From the NCBI GenBank assembly GCA_000092065.1, contig CP000587.1: a stretch of 64,000 nt of DNA. One strand, 5' to 3'. The DNA is from Ostreococcus lucimarinus (taxonomy: Eukaryota). The translations under genes were made by a program, and so were the position numbers. A model generated the notes under the pieces. It saw only the letters and a list, made by a program, of their open reading frames with translations, ran no database searches and was not told the DNA's origin. Positions 38,501 to 46,652 of this stretch are shown here, in pieces (positions within the stretch are counted from its first letter, which is position 1; every line of letters begins with the position of its first letter).

Positions 38501-40362
38501 GCTTGAAGCAAGTGCTTAAGGCGCAGCCAAAGATTCTTGCCACCGTGCTTCCGAATTTGGCGCAACCGCCGCTGTCAATTTCAGGAGCTCGAACGCTCGG
38601 CGCGCTCGCAGAAGTCGCAGGCACCGCCTTGCCTCCCCACCTTCCTTTGTTGATCCCGCCTCTTCTCGAAGCCATGGCCGATGATGATGAAGAAAGCCGG
38701 TCGGCGGCGAGTTCTGCAGCGCTCGCGGTCATCAAGGCTGTTCCTGAGAATTCGTCGCACCTGTTGCTGACAGAAATAAAACGCGGAATGACGGATGAGT
38801 ACCCGGGTTGTCGAGCCGCGGCAGCGAAACTGGCGGGTGAATACGCCAAGAACGCGCCTGGCTACGACGGAGATTCAGAAACAGAGGTGTTGATAAAAAG
38901 GTTGTTCGAGCTCTTCACTGACACCGACGAGGCCGTGCTGCTCGCCGCATGGAGCGCCATGGGAGACGTCACCGCCACTATTTCACGACAGGAGCTTCCA
39001 GAATACGTCGAGTGTGTATCGAAGGCTTTGACTCTCGCGCGTGACAAAGTTCGTCGCGCTAACAAAGCATCACACGAATATCTTATCCCCGCACTCTGTC
39101 TTCCGAAAGGTCTTGCGCCCATCGTGCAAATCTTTCTCCAAGGTGTTCTCTCTGCAGAGAGCGCGGATGCTCGAGAAGACGCGACAAAGGGCCTGACGCT
39201 TGCCGTCTCAAGTACGACTTCCGCGGCTTTGAAAGCGCACATTATCGCGATTACCGGCCCTCTTATTCGTGTCGTTGGCGATAAGCACCCGAGCGCCGTG
39301 AAGAGTGCGATCCTGGAATCGCTTGGTGTGTTGATCAACAAGGGAGGCATCGCGTTGAAACCATTCGTTCCGCAGCTTCAAACGACGTTCGTGAAGTGCC
39401 TATCCGATGTGCAGATATCTGTGCGCATGAAAGCTGCGACCGCTATCGGTTTGTTGATGGCTCTGCAGACTCGTGTAGACGCACTGGTCAATGATTTGAT
39501 CAGTACGGTCGAGTCCGATGAGACTGAAGCCGGTATTCGCGAATCGACATATAAAGCCATCGCCGGCGTATTTGCGTACGGCGGGAAGAACATTGCAGCA
39601 CCCAATGTGACGCGCGCCGTTGACGCGGCATACGCCGCGCTCGCTTCATCGTCATCGGGCGAGCGAGCTTGCGCGAGTTTGGCGCTATCCCGCGCGTTTG
39701 TGTGGTGTCCAACAGAAGAGCGCACCGCCGTGTTGGAAAGACTCAACGCCGGCGATGGTCGCGCGGCCGAGCATCGTGAAGGTGTTGCGGACGCTTTATG
39801 CCAGATTTCACGAGCAAACGGGCAAGTCATCATGAATGATCACGCATCAATTACGCTTAATGCGCTCGTTCGCGCTGCGAGTGATGAACGTCCGCCGAGT
39901 CGAGCCGCAGCTGCTCGCGGACTTGGTGCGCTTGCAGCCATTTCCGCGACAACTTCGGGAGGTGCGTCACCGTATCTGAGTAAGCTCATGCCAGTGTTGA
40001 GTAAACTCTTGCGGGATGCAGTCATAGAAGTGCGCTACGCCGCGACACGAGCATTTCGCGTCATTATTCATGCGGCTGGTCCTTCGGAAATGTCCATTCA
40101 TTTTGAGAGTTTCATGAACGTCCTGGCCGAATGCGCCGTGGCCGATAAGTCTTCAGAAGTCCGACATCAAGCTGAGCGCGCCGTTTATCGAGCGTTTAAC
40201 TTGCAAAATGGTATGGATGAAGCATTAGAACATTTGCGCGCCGGTGGCACCGCCCATGGCGCGCGAGGTCGCCTGTCCGACATTGCGTTGCGAGCGCTCG
40301 CCGCTCTGCCCGAACAAAGCGACGATGAAGCCGATCCGCCCGTCGAGATGGATTTGCAATAA
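32533..40362 (+). CDS. GCN1: GCN1 translational activator (eIF2alpha-kinase GCN2 co-activator), HEAT-repeat protein, single exon
   Basis: 2609 aa. The eEF3-like HEAT region is conserved: VVEAATQALKAVGDVIRNPEI...LVPELKKALMDPIPEVRGVAAQALAGL...; the overall architecture is diagnostic. GC-rich 5' end, about 55% GC in the body. Confidence 0.9.
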   Translation: MCRMCRKRPRERGLTDAAARRTGLASTHDVQTLIKSIFAHVRDARWRVKEVREAMETATSAASGRDAGFRSVFVAACGKAVEKGGFSEHECYVASRLMCAVMSAMTLESEDGLLAKSLETLARLRAKGAKAFSAKAFKQMVLAHGGDVVLDRYIELVQSSGGTNPVLCALAHEAFAVAKTTSRRPAEIRKALLEVFCTVVLGADAKVAKVGVSSESFASILTNATSEELNETLLPKAVRQLRRSPEAVLPAVLGALKTLSADVSNMCAEMGPVILPLAKHANEDRRAMALEIVSALVNGSADASVVKEHIFAPCTSEFSSGPRPKEWTARTGLYAVIASCSQLSDRKARELLSADAIGVLSAELTVEKQLEAKAAALSALTAWLRHASECPESLASLVKEASKDTTERCSTFQCVAQALRVNSALPAGLSGVVANLSPIAVAGSGKLALRAEGLSSLYILLRVAAEDPSTAEALKTNKVWDSVAAYFEPATMTRLDDESTEILAATGQSIMAFHASHAAKMGLVDSVIQAIAFLTVHAHSRTRAAAREAVRGAISVGQPSVKMIQGLRHWLAWAEAGKWEGMMDDTFPSQYAGASLIAYCEFNEDEQALTLPNDLIGEMLLLAHHPLVKASDGRRGGAWSAILSLVGDNIDVEDAAIVCSTIMGDKGLRSESSMERSSARRAIVSFARLGTETGRVVLDTIVPRALEMLDTSIHDALSAKDVLIYNTAPGSLSTDPANKPAVSTSTQQPKKESNVVSLRPSQASAGAKKTSSKPSTKAIDPREAARRAQLAEEDTVRSRVKEVVRKFVDGLEVLTATLEGLGHKARACVCDIAYSNVFPLLKSKIIPQSTVLKAVEALVYCAAARGAAMMLSFPRERQAEALAIRLGAMSLNGTPAPVEIGLNGKPVSVDMHTVGFESRILGQAIELAQEALEDNDPDPLPVPIFGVMFPVIAHALLLPEAPKSLRVDALGLLAAHAGEDEDGVPILPSAAAAVRLLLNTLANATPDLVNIAKPILSDVSRYLRTSDDVLALVDGVESEYRAVRGASLSGLLNAPLNFASMEQQTANIAIAKLFIARFDADEVNKQTAEEVWVLCGLSDTIPSPVDVLPFLTHASGSVRGSAVEAFAATIAAQENGMSISLPKLFGEFNSCEHGYGREALIKGLGACTPSLSARDLPLVSTFLTKVLSDVDAGVRSATVETGRLMIDAHGAEHTQQLLAVYEAYFDRGGSRGNLSEEAEDHVRQGVIVFLGALAVHLDKEDEKVRAILTRLLEVLSTPSEAVQRSVADCLPPLMKKLSAEEQQALVDALLQQLTTSHAYADRRGAAFGLAGAVKGIGMSSLKGMNIMDTLKVAIEDKKNPESREGAVMAFELFCTRLGRLFEPYVVNILPMLLVCFGDVTAPVREATQAAARVIMANLSAQGVKLVLPALLCGVDDDKWRTKQGSVQLLGAMSNCAPKQLGACLPQIVPRLSETLIDTHPKVVEAATQALKAVGDVIRNPEIIALSSYLLGAIQDPTRRTKACLDVLLETTFVNVVDAPSLALIVPVLVRGLREQKADMKKKAAKIAGNMSALVADPKDMAPYIPMLVPELKKALMDPIPEVRGVAAQALAGLINGLGEEYFEDLLPWMMRAMQSDGTSVERSGAAQGLSECLAVLSTDHFDALFPEILSGCANASSAVREGHLTLLRFLPISLGDVFEAHLVDALACVLQGLADEDEPVREAALNAGRVFVEEFSHSGSSLDLILPAIEDGIVSDNWRIRQSSVELLGSMLFRIIGSSGKVRVEGGDDAEGISTEAQGQMLSNTLGEIRHHNLLAAVYILRSDGTLSVRNAAVHIWKTVVANTPKTLRVILPLLMQRVISTMSGGSDDRQQTASRCLGDVVRKLGERVLVSVLPIMREGLKSELAEHREGVALGLAEILFAATDSQLENHYDVVIPTVQDALCDEDERVRSAAGAAFDKLFQHGGGHAAGEIVPALLEQLESSPTVLEGLKQVLKAQPKILATVLPNLAQPPLSISGARTLGALAEVAGTALPPHLPLLIPPLLEAMADDDEESRSAASSAALAVIKAVPENSSHLLLTEIKRGMTDEYPGCRAAAAKLAGEYAKNAPGYDGDSETEVLIKRLFELFTDTDEAVLLAAWSAMGDVTATISRQELPEYVECVSKALTLARDKVRRANKASHEYLIPALCLPKGLAPIVQIFLQGVLSAESADAREDATKGLTLAVSSTTSAALKAHIIAITGPLIRVVGDKHPSAVKSAILESLGVLINKGGIALKPFVPQLQTTFVKCLSDVQISVRMKAATAIGLLMALQTRVDALVNDLISTVESDETEAGIRESTYKAIAGVFAYGGKNIAAPNVTRAVDAAYAALASSSSGERACASLALSRAFVWCPTEERTAVLERLNAGDGRAAEHREGVADALCQISRANGQVIMNDHASITLNALVRAASDERPPSRAAAARGLGALAAISATTSGGASPYLSKLMPVLSKLLRDAVIEVRYAATRAFRVIIHAAGPSEMSIHFESFMNVLAECAVADKSSEVRHQAERAVYRAFNLQNGMDEALEHLRAGGTAHGARGRLSDIALRALAALPEQSDDEADPPVEMDLQ

Positions 40363-40409
40363 TCTAGAAGTAGTTAGAAACGTAATGGAATTCCATTCAC
40401 AAATAATCA

Positions 40410-41519
40410 TCAATCGCTATCGCTGTCGAATAACTGCAAGCTAATCTCTACATCTTTTAACGCGGCCTTGGCGCTGGAGTTTGCCGCATCAAGCTCGAGC
40501 GCTTTGTGAAGCATCTCTCGAGCTCGTTTCAATTTCCCGACGTTCTGCGTCGCATCACCGAGCGCCAAGAGAGCCTTCCCGCCTCGTACGTACCCTCGCA
40601 CGTAACTTTCATCTATCGCGATCGCGGATTCACACGCCGAAATGGCGATTTCAAGCACCTCCGCCTTTTGCGGCGACGCATCGCGAAGTTCGTTCGCGTA
40701 GAGAAGCGCCGCCGCCGCTGTGTTTCCTTGGTACGCAATCTTCCCAGGTTCCATACGCGCAGCTTCGACATACAGCGCCAGTGCGTCAGCGTATTTTTTC
40801 TTTGCGTACAGCGCCATGCCTTGGTCGTTCAATTCCTCCGCCGTCGAGAGCGACGCGACGGCATCTGACGCCTTCCACGACAAAGACTTTTTCGGCGCGA
40901 CCACGGACGCGTCGAACCCAACTCCACCCACTCGCTCCCACGGTCTCTCATCACTCGCCCCAGCTACAGCCTTTGCCGCCCACGCGAGCTCCATCTGCCG
41001 CGTCTCGTTTGCTCCCGAGCCGTCGCCCAGCGCTCGCGTCTTTGAGTACGCCGACGCCCCGCAATTAAAATCCGCCTCCGGCCGCTCCCCAGCCTCCCAC
41101 GGCACGCGCACGTCCACTCCAAAGTTCACATGCGGTCTATACTCTCCCCTCGCCCTCAACATCGCCTCGATCTCAAACGGATCCATCCCCGACAGCGCCA
41201 ACGCGAGCACGTCCTCCAACCGCTGCAGCGGCGGTATCTCGTACGTCCGCGCCCACCGTTCGTGATCAAAGTTCGCCGTCGTCAGCGTGTGATACGCGCA
41301 CGTTATCTCCGTGAACATCATCTTCGCCTTTTCCACGTCATCCGGATTCTTATCCGGGTGCCAACGCAAGCACAGCGCGCGATATTTCGCCCGGATGACT
41401 TTGGCCGCGTCCCCATCTTCCTCAGTCGACCCATCACCGCGTCGCGCGCGCGCGTCCGCGATCGACGATCCGAGCTCGAGCACTTCGAGCGCTTTTTCGC
41501 GCGTCATCGCGTCGCCCAT
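40410..41519 (-). CDS. DnaJ (J-domain) protein with C-terminal TPR repeats
   Basis: J domain KYRALCLRWHPDKNPDD...FTEITCAYHTL (HPD motif). C-terminal TPR-like repeats (ALYAKKKYADALALYVEAARMEP...). ATG verified at 41517-41519. Stops of GCN1 and this gene are 47 bp apart. Confidence 0.8.
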   Translation of the reverse strand: MGDAMTREKALEVLELGSSIADARARRGDGSTEEDGDAAKVIRAKYRALCLRWHPDKNPDDVEKAKMMFTEITCAYHTLTTANFDHERWARTYEIPPLQRLEDVLALALSGMDPFEIEAMLRARGEYRPHVNFGVDVRVPWEAGERPEADFNCGASAYSKTRALGDGSGANETRQMELAWAAKAVAGASDERPWERVGGVGFDASVVAPKKSLSWKASDAVASLSTAEELNDQGMALYAKKKYADALALYVEAARMEPGKIAYQGNTAAAALLYANELRDASPQKAEVLEIAISACESAIAIDESYVRGYVRGGKALLALGDATQNVGKLKRAREMLHKALELDAANSSAKAALKDVEISLQLFDSDSD

Positions 41520-41673
41520 CGCCCTCGAGCGCGCGCGCGCGTCGGGGTGTGCGGCGACGCGCGCGTTCGCGCGAGCGTTTTTTCAGTTTGTTTAAATTTA
41601 ATGTCATGAACGTCGACGAACGATCGCGCGCGCCGGCGACACTTGACCGCGCGACGCGAGCGCGAGCGCTTCG

Positions 41674-42189
41674 ATGGTGAGCGCGGTGTTCGTCGCGTCG
41701 TCTGCGGCGCCCGCGATGCGAACGACGGCGGCGGTGACGCGCGCGACGCGCGCGAACGCGCGCGATGGGGCGCTGACGTGGCTGGGACGCGCGCCAACGC
41801 GACGCGCGCGCGTCGTCGTCCGCGCCGCGGGGCCGGCGGCGAGGAAGGAGCTGCTCGAGATCGAATCCCGAGAAGCGTTCGACGCGCTCGTGGGCGAAGA
41901 CCGCGTGACGGTGGTGGATTTCATGGCGCTGTGGTGTCGAAAGTGCGTGTTTCTCAAAGGCAAGCTCGAGAAGAAGGCTTCGTTCTTCGGCGACGACGTG
42001 CGATTCGCGTTCGTGGACGTCAATAAGGTGTCGCAGGAGCTCGTGCGTGGATGTGGCGTCGAGAGCATGCCGACGCTGCAGGTGTACAGGAATGGGGAGA
42101 AGCTTTGGGAACTCGTGGCGGGGGAGGACGGCGAAGCCGTGGTGAAGAAGCTTCACTACGCGATAGAGGACGCGCAAAAGGAGAAGTGA
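41674..42189 (+). CDS. Atypical chloroplast-type thioredoxin with WCRKC active site (Trx-like 2 / ACHT-type) and transit peptide
   Basis: VVDFMALWCRKCVFLKGKLEK...MPTLQVYRNGEKLWELVAG. N-terminal MVSAVFVASSAAPAMRTTAAVTRATRANARDG presequence. ATG verified at 41674. Confidence 0.8.
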   Translation: MVSAVFVASSAAPAMRTTAAVTRATRANARDGALTWLGRAPTRRARVVVRAAGPAARKELLEIESREAFDALVGEDRVTVVDFMALWCRKCVFLKGKLEKKASFFGDDVRFAFVDVNKVSQELVRGCGVESMPTLQVYRNGEKLWELVAGEDGEAVVKKLHYAIEDAQKEK

Positions 42190-42247
42190 GGCGCGTTTTC
42201 GTTCGTCGTTGTGTACACGTGAAGTTTGTTGTATTACTGATCTACAT

Positions 42248-43897
42248 CTAGAAGCCGCATTTGCATTTCGGAATGTGCGAGATGGCTCGCTCGAGAACGT
42301 TCGTGGCGCGGACTCGGACGAGCGACCAGGCGTCTTCGAGTCTGGCCTGCGCGAGCGCGTCGACGTCGTCGTAAGAGTCTTCGAAACCGTGCACCGCAGC
42401 TAGTCGAAGCCAAAGCTGTGGTGCGCCGAATTTCGTTAGTTTGTGTGGTACCGTCGTCGGCGCGAGACATAAGCCATCACCCGAGGAATTCACGGCGCGG
42501 AGAAGATCGAGATTCATCGCGTTGAAATCGACGCCGTGCGACTCTTCCAATTCGGCGACTGTGAATCCGTTCGACGCCGCGCCGGTGAGACGAAATAATA
42601 TCATCGCGTCGTCCTCGTCTACCGAGTCGTCGATTTCGAATCTCAAGTCTTTCGCCATCGCGCGCGTCATCGCGCGCTTTACGCTCGGAATCGCGGCGAC
42701 GCACGACAGAGGTAAAGGTTGCTCGAGCGCTCGAATGTCTCGCATGATCTCTTCCTCGTTCAAGCCCACACCGATCACCACCAAACACGTGCTCGTCGCG
42801 CTCACGAGCTCACCCACGCTCGGCTCGAGCTCGAGTCGACGCTTGCCGGAAAAGTGGAAATCGTAGCTCTCTCGGTTTTCATCCTCGGCGAGAGTCAACA
42901 CGCCTTTGGCGCGAATCGTCGCCGCGGGCATCATCTTCGTCGCCCAATGCTGAAATCGCGCAAACACGAGCGGTGACGTGGTTTCGTGCGCCAGTGAGTT
43001 GCACGAGCTCTGCGAACCACCGGCAAAGTGCGTGGTCTTCCTCGACGGATCTAGTGATAGAGGACCGCGAACGACGATTTTTTGTTCCTCCGTCTTCGGT
43101 TTGCGTAATCGCCCGCCCGACGCCGAGAGCACGTAAGGAAGCGGCCCCGCGCCCCAATCGTGACCACTCTTTCCTTCCGGTTGCGGCACCATGTCGACGT
43201 CTAATATGCTCGTCAAAGGCACGTTGGCGTCGACGCATTCCAACACTCGAGCGCCTCGCGCCTTGTCCTCCACGACGGCTCGCGCGCGCGCCAATCTCTC
43301 TTCATCCCCCTCAAGTAAATCAATCTTATTCAGAAGCACGACGTCAGCGCACGCCAACTGCGCGTCCCACGCCTCTCGTTCGACCTCGGGTCCTCCTTCC
43401 GACGCAATCTCCGCGTCCACGACGCACACCACGCCGTCCAAACGCGCGCGCGTCAGCGCCCCAAAGTTCCTATCCAACCTCGAAACCACCTCCCCCGGAT
43501 CCACCAACCCGCTCGTTTCGATCAGCAGGTAATCAAACACCCCCAATTCCCCCCCGTTTTCGTCCGCGTTCAGCAGCTCGATCACCCCTCGCTCTAAATC
43601 GTCTCGCAGCGAGCAGCACACGCACCCGTTCGTCAGCTCCGTCACCCGCGCCGCCGCTCTCCCATCCTTTCCCTCGCCATCCCTCGCCCCGCTCGCGCGT
43701 CGAACCAACCGCGCGTCCACGTTCAGCGCCGCGAAATCGTTCACCGCCGCCGCGACGCGCAGCGTCTGTCGATTCTCCAGCGCGCGTCTCGCGAGCGTCG
43801 TCTTCCCCGCGCCCAGAAATCCAACCACCAGCGTGATCGGCAGCGTCCGCGACGCCGTCGCCGCGTACGCCGTGCGCAGTTCGTAGTTACGGAACAT
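42248..43897 (-). CDS. CobW/COG0523-family GTPase (putative metal chaperone) with C-terminal CobW-C-like extension
   Basis: P-loop VVGFLGAGKTTL; metal-binding GCVCC (CxCC); ETSGL; DAEIASEG; NKIDLL. ATG at 43895-43897 (MFRNYELRTAYAA...). The track ORF continues upstream to 44101 through an acidic low-complexity stretch. Confidence 0.85.
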   Translation of the reverse strand: MFRNYELRTAYAATASRTLPITLVVGFLGAGKTTLARRALENRQTLRVAAAVNDFAALNVDARLVRRASGARDGEGKDGRAAARVTELTNGCVCCSLRDDLERGVIELLNADENGGELGVFDYLLIETSGLVDPGEVVSRLDRNFGALTRARLDGVVCVVDAEIASEGGPEVEREAWDAQLACADVVLLNKIDLLEGDEERLARARAVVEDKARGARVLECVDANVPLTSILDVDMVPQPEGKSGHDWGAGPLPYVLSASGGRLRKPKTEEQKIVVRGPLSLDPSRKTTHFAGGSQSSCNSLAHETTSPLVFARFQHWATKMMPAATIRAKGVLTLAEDENRESYDFHFSGKRRLELEPSVGELVSATSTCLVVIGVGLNEEEIMRDIRALEQPLPLSCVAAIPSVKRAMTRAMAKDLRFEIDDSVDEDDAMILFRLTGAASNGFTVAELEESHGVDFNAMNLDLLRAVNSSGDGLCLAPTTVPHKLTKFGAPQLWLRLAAVHGFEDSYDDVDALAQARLEDAWSLVRVRATNVLERAISHIPKCKCGF

Positions 43898-44145
43898 GTT
43901 TATCGACGTCGATCGCGCCTCGCGTCGTCGTCGCGCGTCGTCGTCGTCGTCGTCGTCGTCGCGTCGTCCATCGCGTCTCTCGTCGTCATCCATCGCGTCG
44001 CGCGCGCGCGTCGCGCGGTCGACGCGTCGCGCCCCGACGCGTCGCGCGCCGTCGCGCGTCCCGTTCGGCGCGCGCTTCGCCGCGACGCGCGCGCCGAGCA
44101 TCCGCGCGCCGCGCGTCGCGGCGTCACACGCGCGCGCGCCGCGCG

Positions 44146-45990
44146 ATGCCGCCGACGCACCGTCGCGCGGCGTCGAGCGCGTCCCTCGACCTTCCCGCGG
44201 GCGACGCGGTGGAGCGCGACGCGCGGCGCGATCGCGCGCGCGCGCGGCGGCGCGCGCGCACGGCGATCGCGCGCGCGGCGGCGTTCGGCGCGGTCCTTCG
44301 CGGTGGGCTGAGCGTGGGGAAAATCGCGCTCGCGGCGACGAGGCGCGGAAGGCGCGGGACGACGGCGGGGAGGGCGCGGAAGGCGGTGCGAGACGTCGCG
44401 TCGTACGCGGCGTTCCTGGCGACGTTCGCGGGGACGTACGTGAGCGCGGACGAGGGCCTGCGAAGGCGGTACGGGGGAGAGGAGAGCAAGGCGTGGCGAT
44501 GCGCGTTGGCGGGCGCGTGCGCGGGGCCGTCGTTGATGCTCGCGGGGTCGGGCGCGACGCATTACGGGCTGGCGGGGTACATATGGGTGCGGTCGATCGT
44601 GCTGCTGACGCGCGTGGCGCAGAAGAGCGAGGATGAGACGATGAAGAGGTTGACGGCGGCGACGCGGATGGAACACGGGGACTGCGCGTTGATGGTGGGG
44701 AGCGCGGCGGTGATTTTGTCGTGCTTCATACTGAGGCCGGAGACGGTGGAACCGGCGTATAAACACTTTCTGGACGTGCACGGGGGGAAGACGAGGGAGG
44801 AGTACGCGGCGCTGCGGACGCTGTGCGAGGCGGGAGGGGATTCGGAGTTGCGCGCGCTGTGCGCGAGATTGGCGATTTCGAATACGTGGTCGGCGGGAAA
44901 GACGGCGCGGGAGATGGCGAATAAGACGGCGGTCGGCGCGATCGGTGCGGGAACCGGTGCGATCGATCGCGCGGAGTTGTATAGGATGATATTTTTCCGA
45001 GGCGCGTCCAACGCTGAGCACTTCTTGTCGCACGTGGTGAAGTCGTTTGCGGCTACGCTGAGCGTGTACGCGCCCGTGTACCTCGTTCCGGCGGCGTTGA
45101 TACACCGAGAGAAGCTTCTGTCGCGCGAGAAAGGGCCGGACTTGTTGTCTAGGATCGCCGTCGGTTCGGCGCGTTCGGCGTTGTTTCTATCGTCCTACGT
45201 CGGCGCGGCGTGGAGCGGAGTGGATTTAGCGAATCGAGCCTTCGGCGGAAGCTGCGACGGTCGTTCGTTAACGTTGGGCGTTTCCATGGCTGGTTTAGCG
45301 ACCTTCATCGAAAAGAAGTCTCGTCGGATGGAGTTAGCGATGTATTGCACGTCGCGCGCGATCGAAACCGCGGCGTTGATGGCGGTTTACCGCGGCTTTG
45401 TGCCGAATTGGATCCAGCGACGCCGCGGCGACATCTTCCTCTTCTCCATCGCCTCGGCGACGATCATGCACTGCTACAACACCGAACGCGACGTCTTCCG
45501 AAGTAAGTACCTTAGCGTGCTCGATTTCATATTCGGCTCGACCGGTCACGATTCGCAAAGCATCTCTCACGCCGCGAGTTATGAGATTTTATTCGAAGGC
45601 AACTTTGGCGAGAGCAAAAGAAAGCCGGCGGCTTCGCTGCCGCCCGGCGGCGAGCGAGAGATGCAACCGATTCGCACGTACGTCACCGAGGAACAATTCC
45701 ACGCCGCGAGTGCGGCGATGAAAGACACGCTGAGTGACGCTAGCGTGAGCGATATCCTCAAGATGTACGGCTTGTACAAACAAGCCACCGTCGGAGACGC
45801 GTGCAACCACCCGCGACCGAGCGTGATGGATCAAAGAGGTCGCGCCAAGTACTCGTCCTGGTCGCAATTCGAGGGCATGAGCGCCCAGCAAGCGATGACC
45901 GGGTATTGCATGCTCGTCGACGACTTGACGACCGCTGGGAAGTTTAAGACCGCCCCGGTCTCGCCCGCGTCATCGACCAACGCGGATTAG
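44146..45990 (+). CDS. Membrane protein with C-terminal acyl-CoA-binding (ACB) domain
   Basis: Several hydrophobic helices in the N-terminal two-thirds. C-terminal ACB signature ILKMYGLYKQATVGDACNHPRPSVMDQRGRAKYSSWSQFEGMSAQQAMTGY. ATG verified at 44146. Confidence 0.7.
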   Translation: MPPTHRRAASSASLDLPAGDAVERDARRDRARARRRARTAIARAAAFGAVLRGGLSVGKIALAATRRGRRGTTAGRARKAVRDVASYAAFLATFAGTYVSADEGLRRRYGGEESKAWRCALAGACAGPSLMLAGSGATHYGLAGYIWVRSIVLLTRVAQKSEDETMKRLTAATRMEHGDCALMVGSAAVILSCFILRPETVEPAYKHFLDVHGGKTREEYAALRTLCEAGGDSELRALCARLAISNTWSAGKTAREMANKTAVGAIGAGTGAIDRAELYRMIFFRGASNAEHFLSHVVKSFAATLSVYAPVYLVPAALIHREKLLSREKGPDLLSRIAVGSARSALFLSSYVGAAWSGVDLANRAFGGSCDGRSLTLGVSMAGLATFIEKKSRRMELAMYCTSRAIETAALMAVYRGFVPNWIQRRRGDIFLFSIASATIMHCYNTERDVFRSKYLSVLDFIFGSTGHDSQSISHAASYEILFEGNFGESKRKPAASLPPGGEREMQPIRTYVTEEQFHAASAAMKDTLSDASVSDILKMYGLYKQATVGDACNHPRPSVMDQRGRAKYSSWSQFEGMSAQQAMTGYCMLVDDLTTAGKFKTAPVSPASSTNAD

Positions 45991-46068
45991 ACGACTCGCG
46001 GCGATGGCGCCGCGAAGATATCTTTCGCCTCGTAATAACAACTCGCCGCACTTTGCATCGCACTCGAC

Positions 46069-46494
46069 ATGCTGGCCGCGCGCGCGACAACGACGACGCG
46101 CGCGACGGTGCAGACACCGCGCGCGCCCAGCGCGGGCGCGAGTCGCGCGCGCGTCGTCGCGCGCGCGTCGTTGAAACAATCCGCATCCAGCTTGGTCGCG
46201 CACGCCGCGGTCGCGCTCACCGTCGCCAATCCCGCCCTCGCCGACGCCCTCGCCGCCGTGGATGACGTTCCGCTGACGAAATCGCCCGCGTTCCTCGGAT
46301 TCGCGTGCGTCGCGGTGTGCTGGGGGATCCCACAAACGCTGGGAACGGCGATTTTGTCGCAAAAGGAAGCGAAGGGACGCGCGCTGTTGCAGAAGCGAGG
46401 CATCGACACGTCGGACATCGGGCAGGGTAATTGGGGGAAGGTGCAGCGTCGTTTGCAAGAGAACGACATAGATTGGAAGAACGAGGAAGCTTAG
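46069..46494 (+). CDS. Small single-TM protein with bipartite (stromal plus lumenal) targeting sequence; putative thylakoid membrane protein
   Basis: Ser/Thr/Arg-rich N-terminus, then hydrophobic VAHAAVALTVANPALADALAA (AxA-type cleavage site), then TM helix FLGFACVAVCWGIPQTLGTAIL. ATG verified at 46069. Family not recognised. Confidence 0.5.
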   Translation: MLAARATTTTRATVQTPRAPSAGASRARVVARASLKQSASSLVAHAAVALTVANPALADALAAVDDVPLTKSPAFLGFACVAVCWGIPQTLGTAILSQKEAKGRALLQKRGIDTSDIGQGNWGKVQRRLQENDIDWKNEEA

Positions 46495-46652
46495 TTCGTT
46501 GTTATGATTTGAGAAACGTAGATTTTTATTATTGGTATCGGTAACCATTGACAACGTATTGGCGCTATCCTGTGATGAATAATAGAAGATGGAATGTGGA
46601 CGAGAATAAGACAAGAGTAAAACAAGGGTACAGCAAGGCGCGGTTTGCGCGG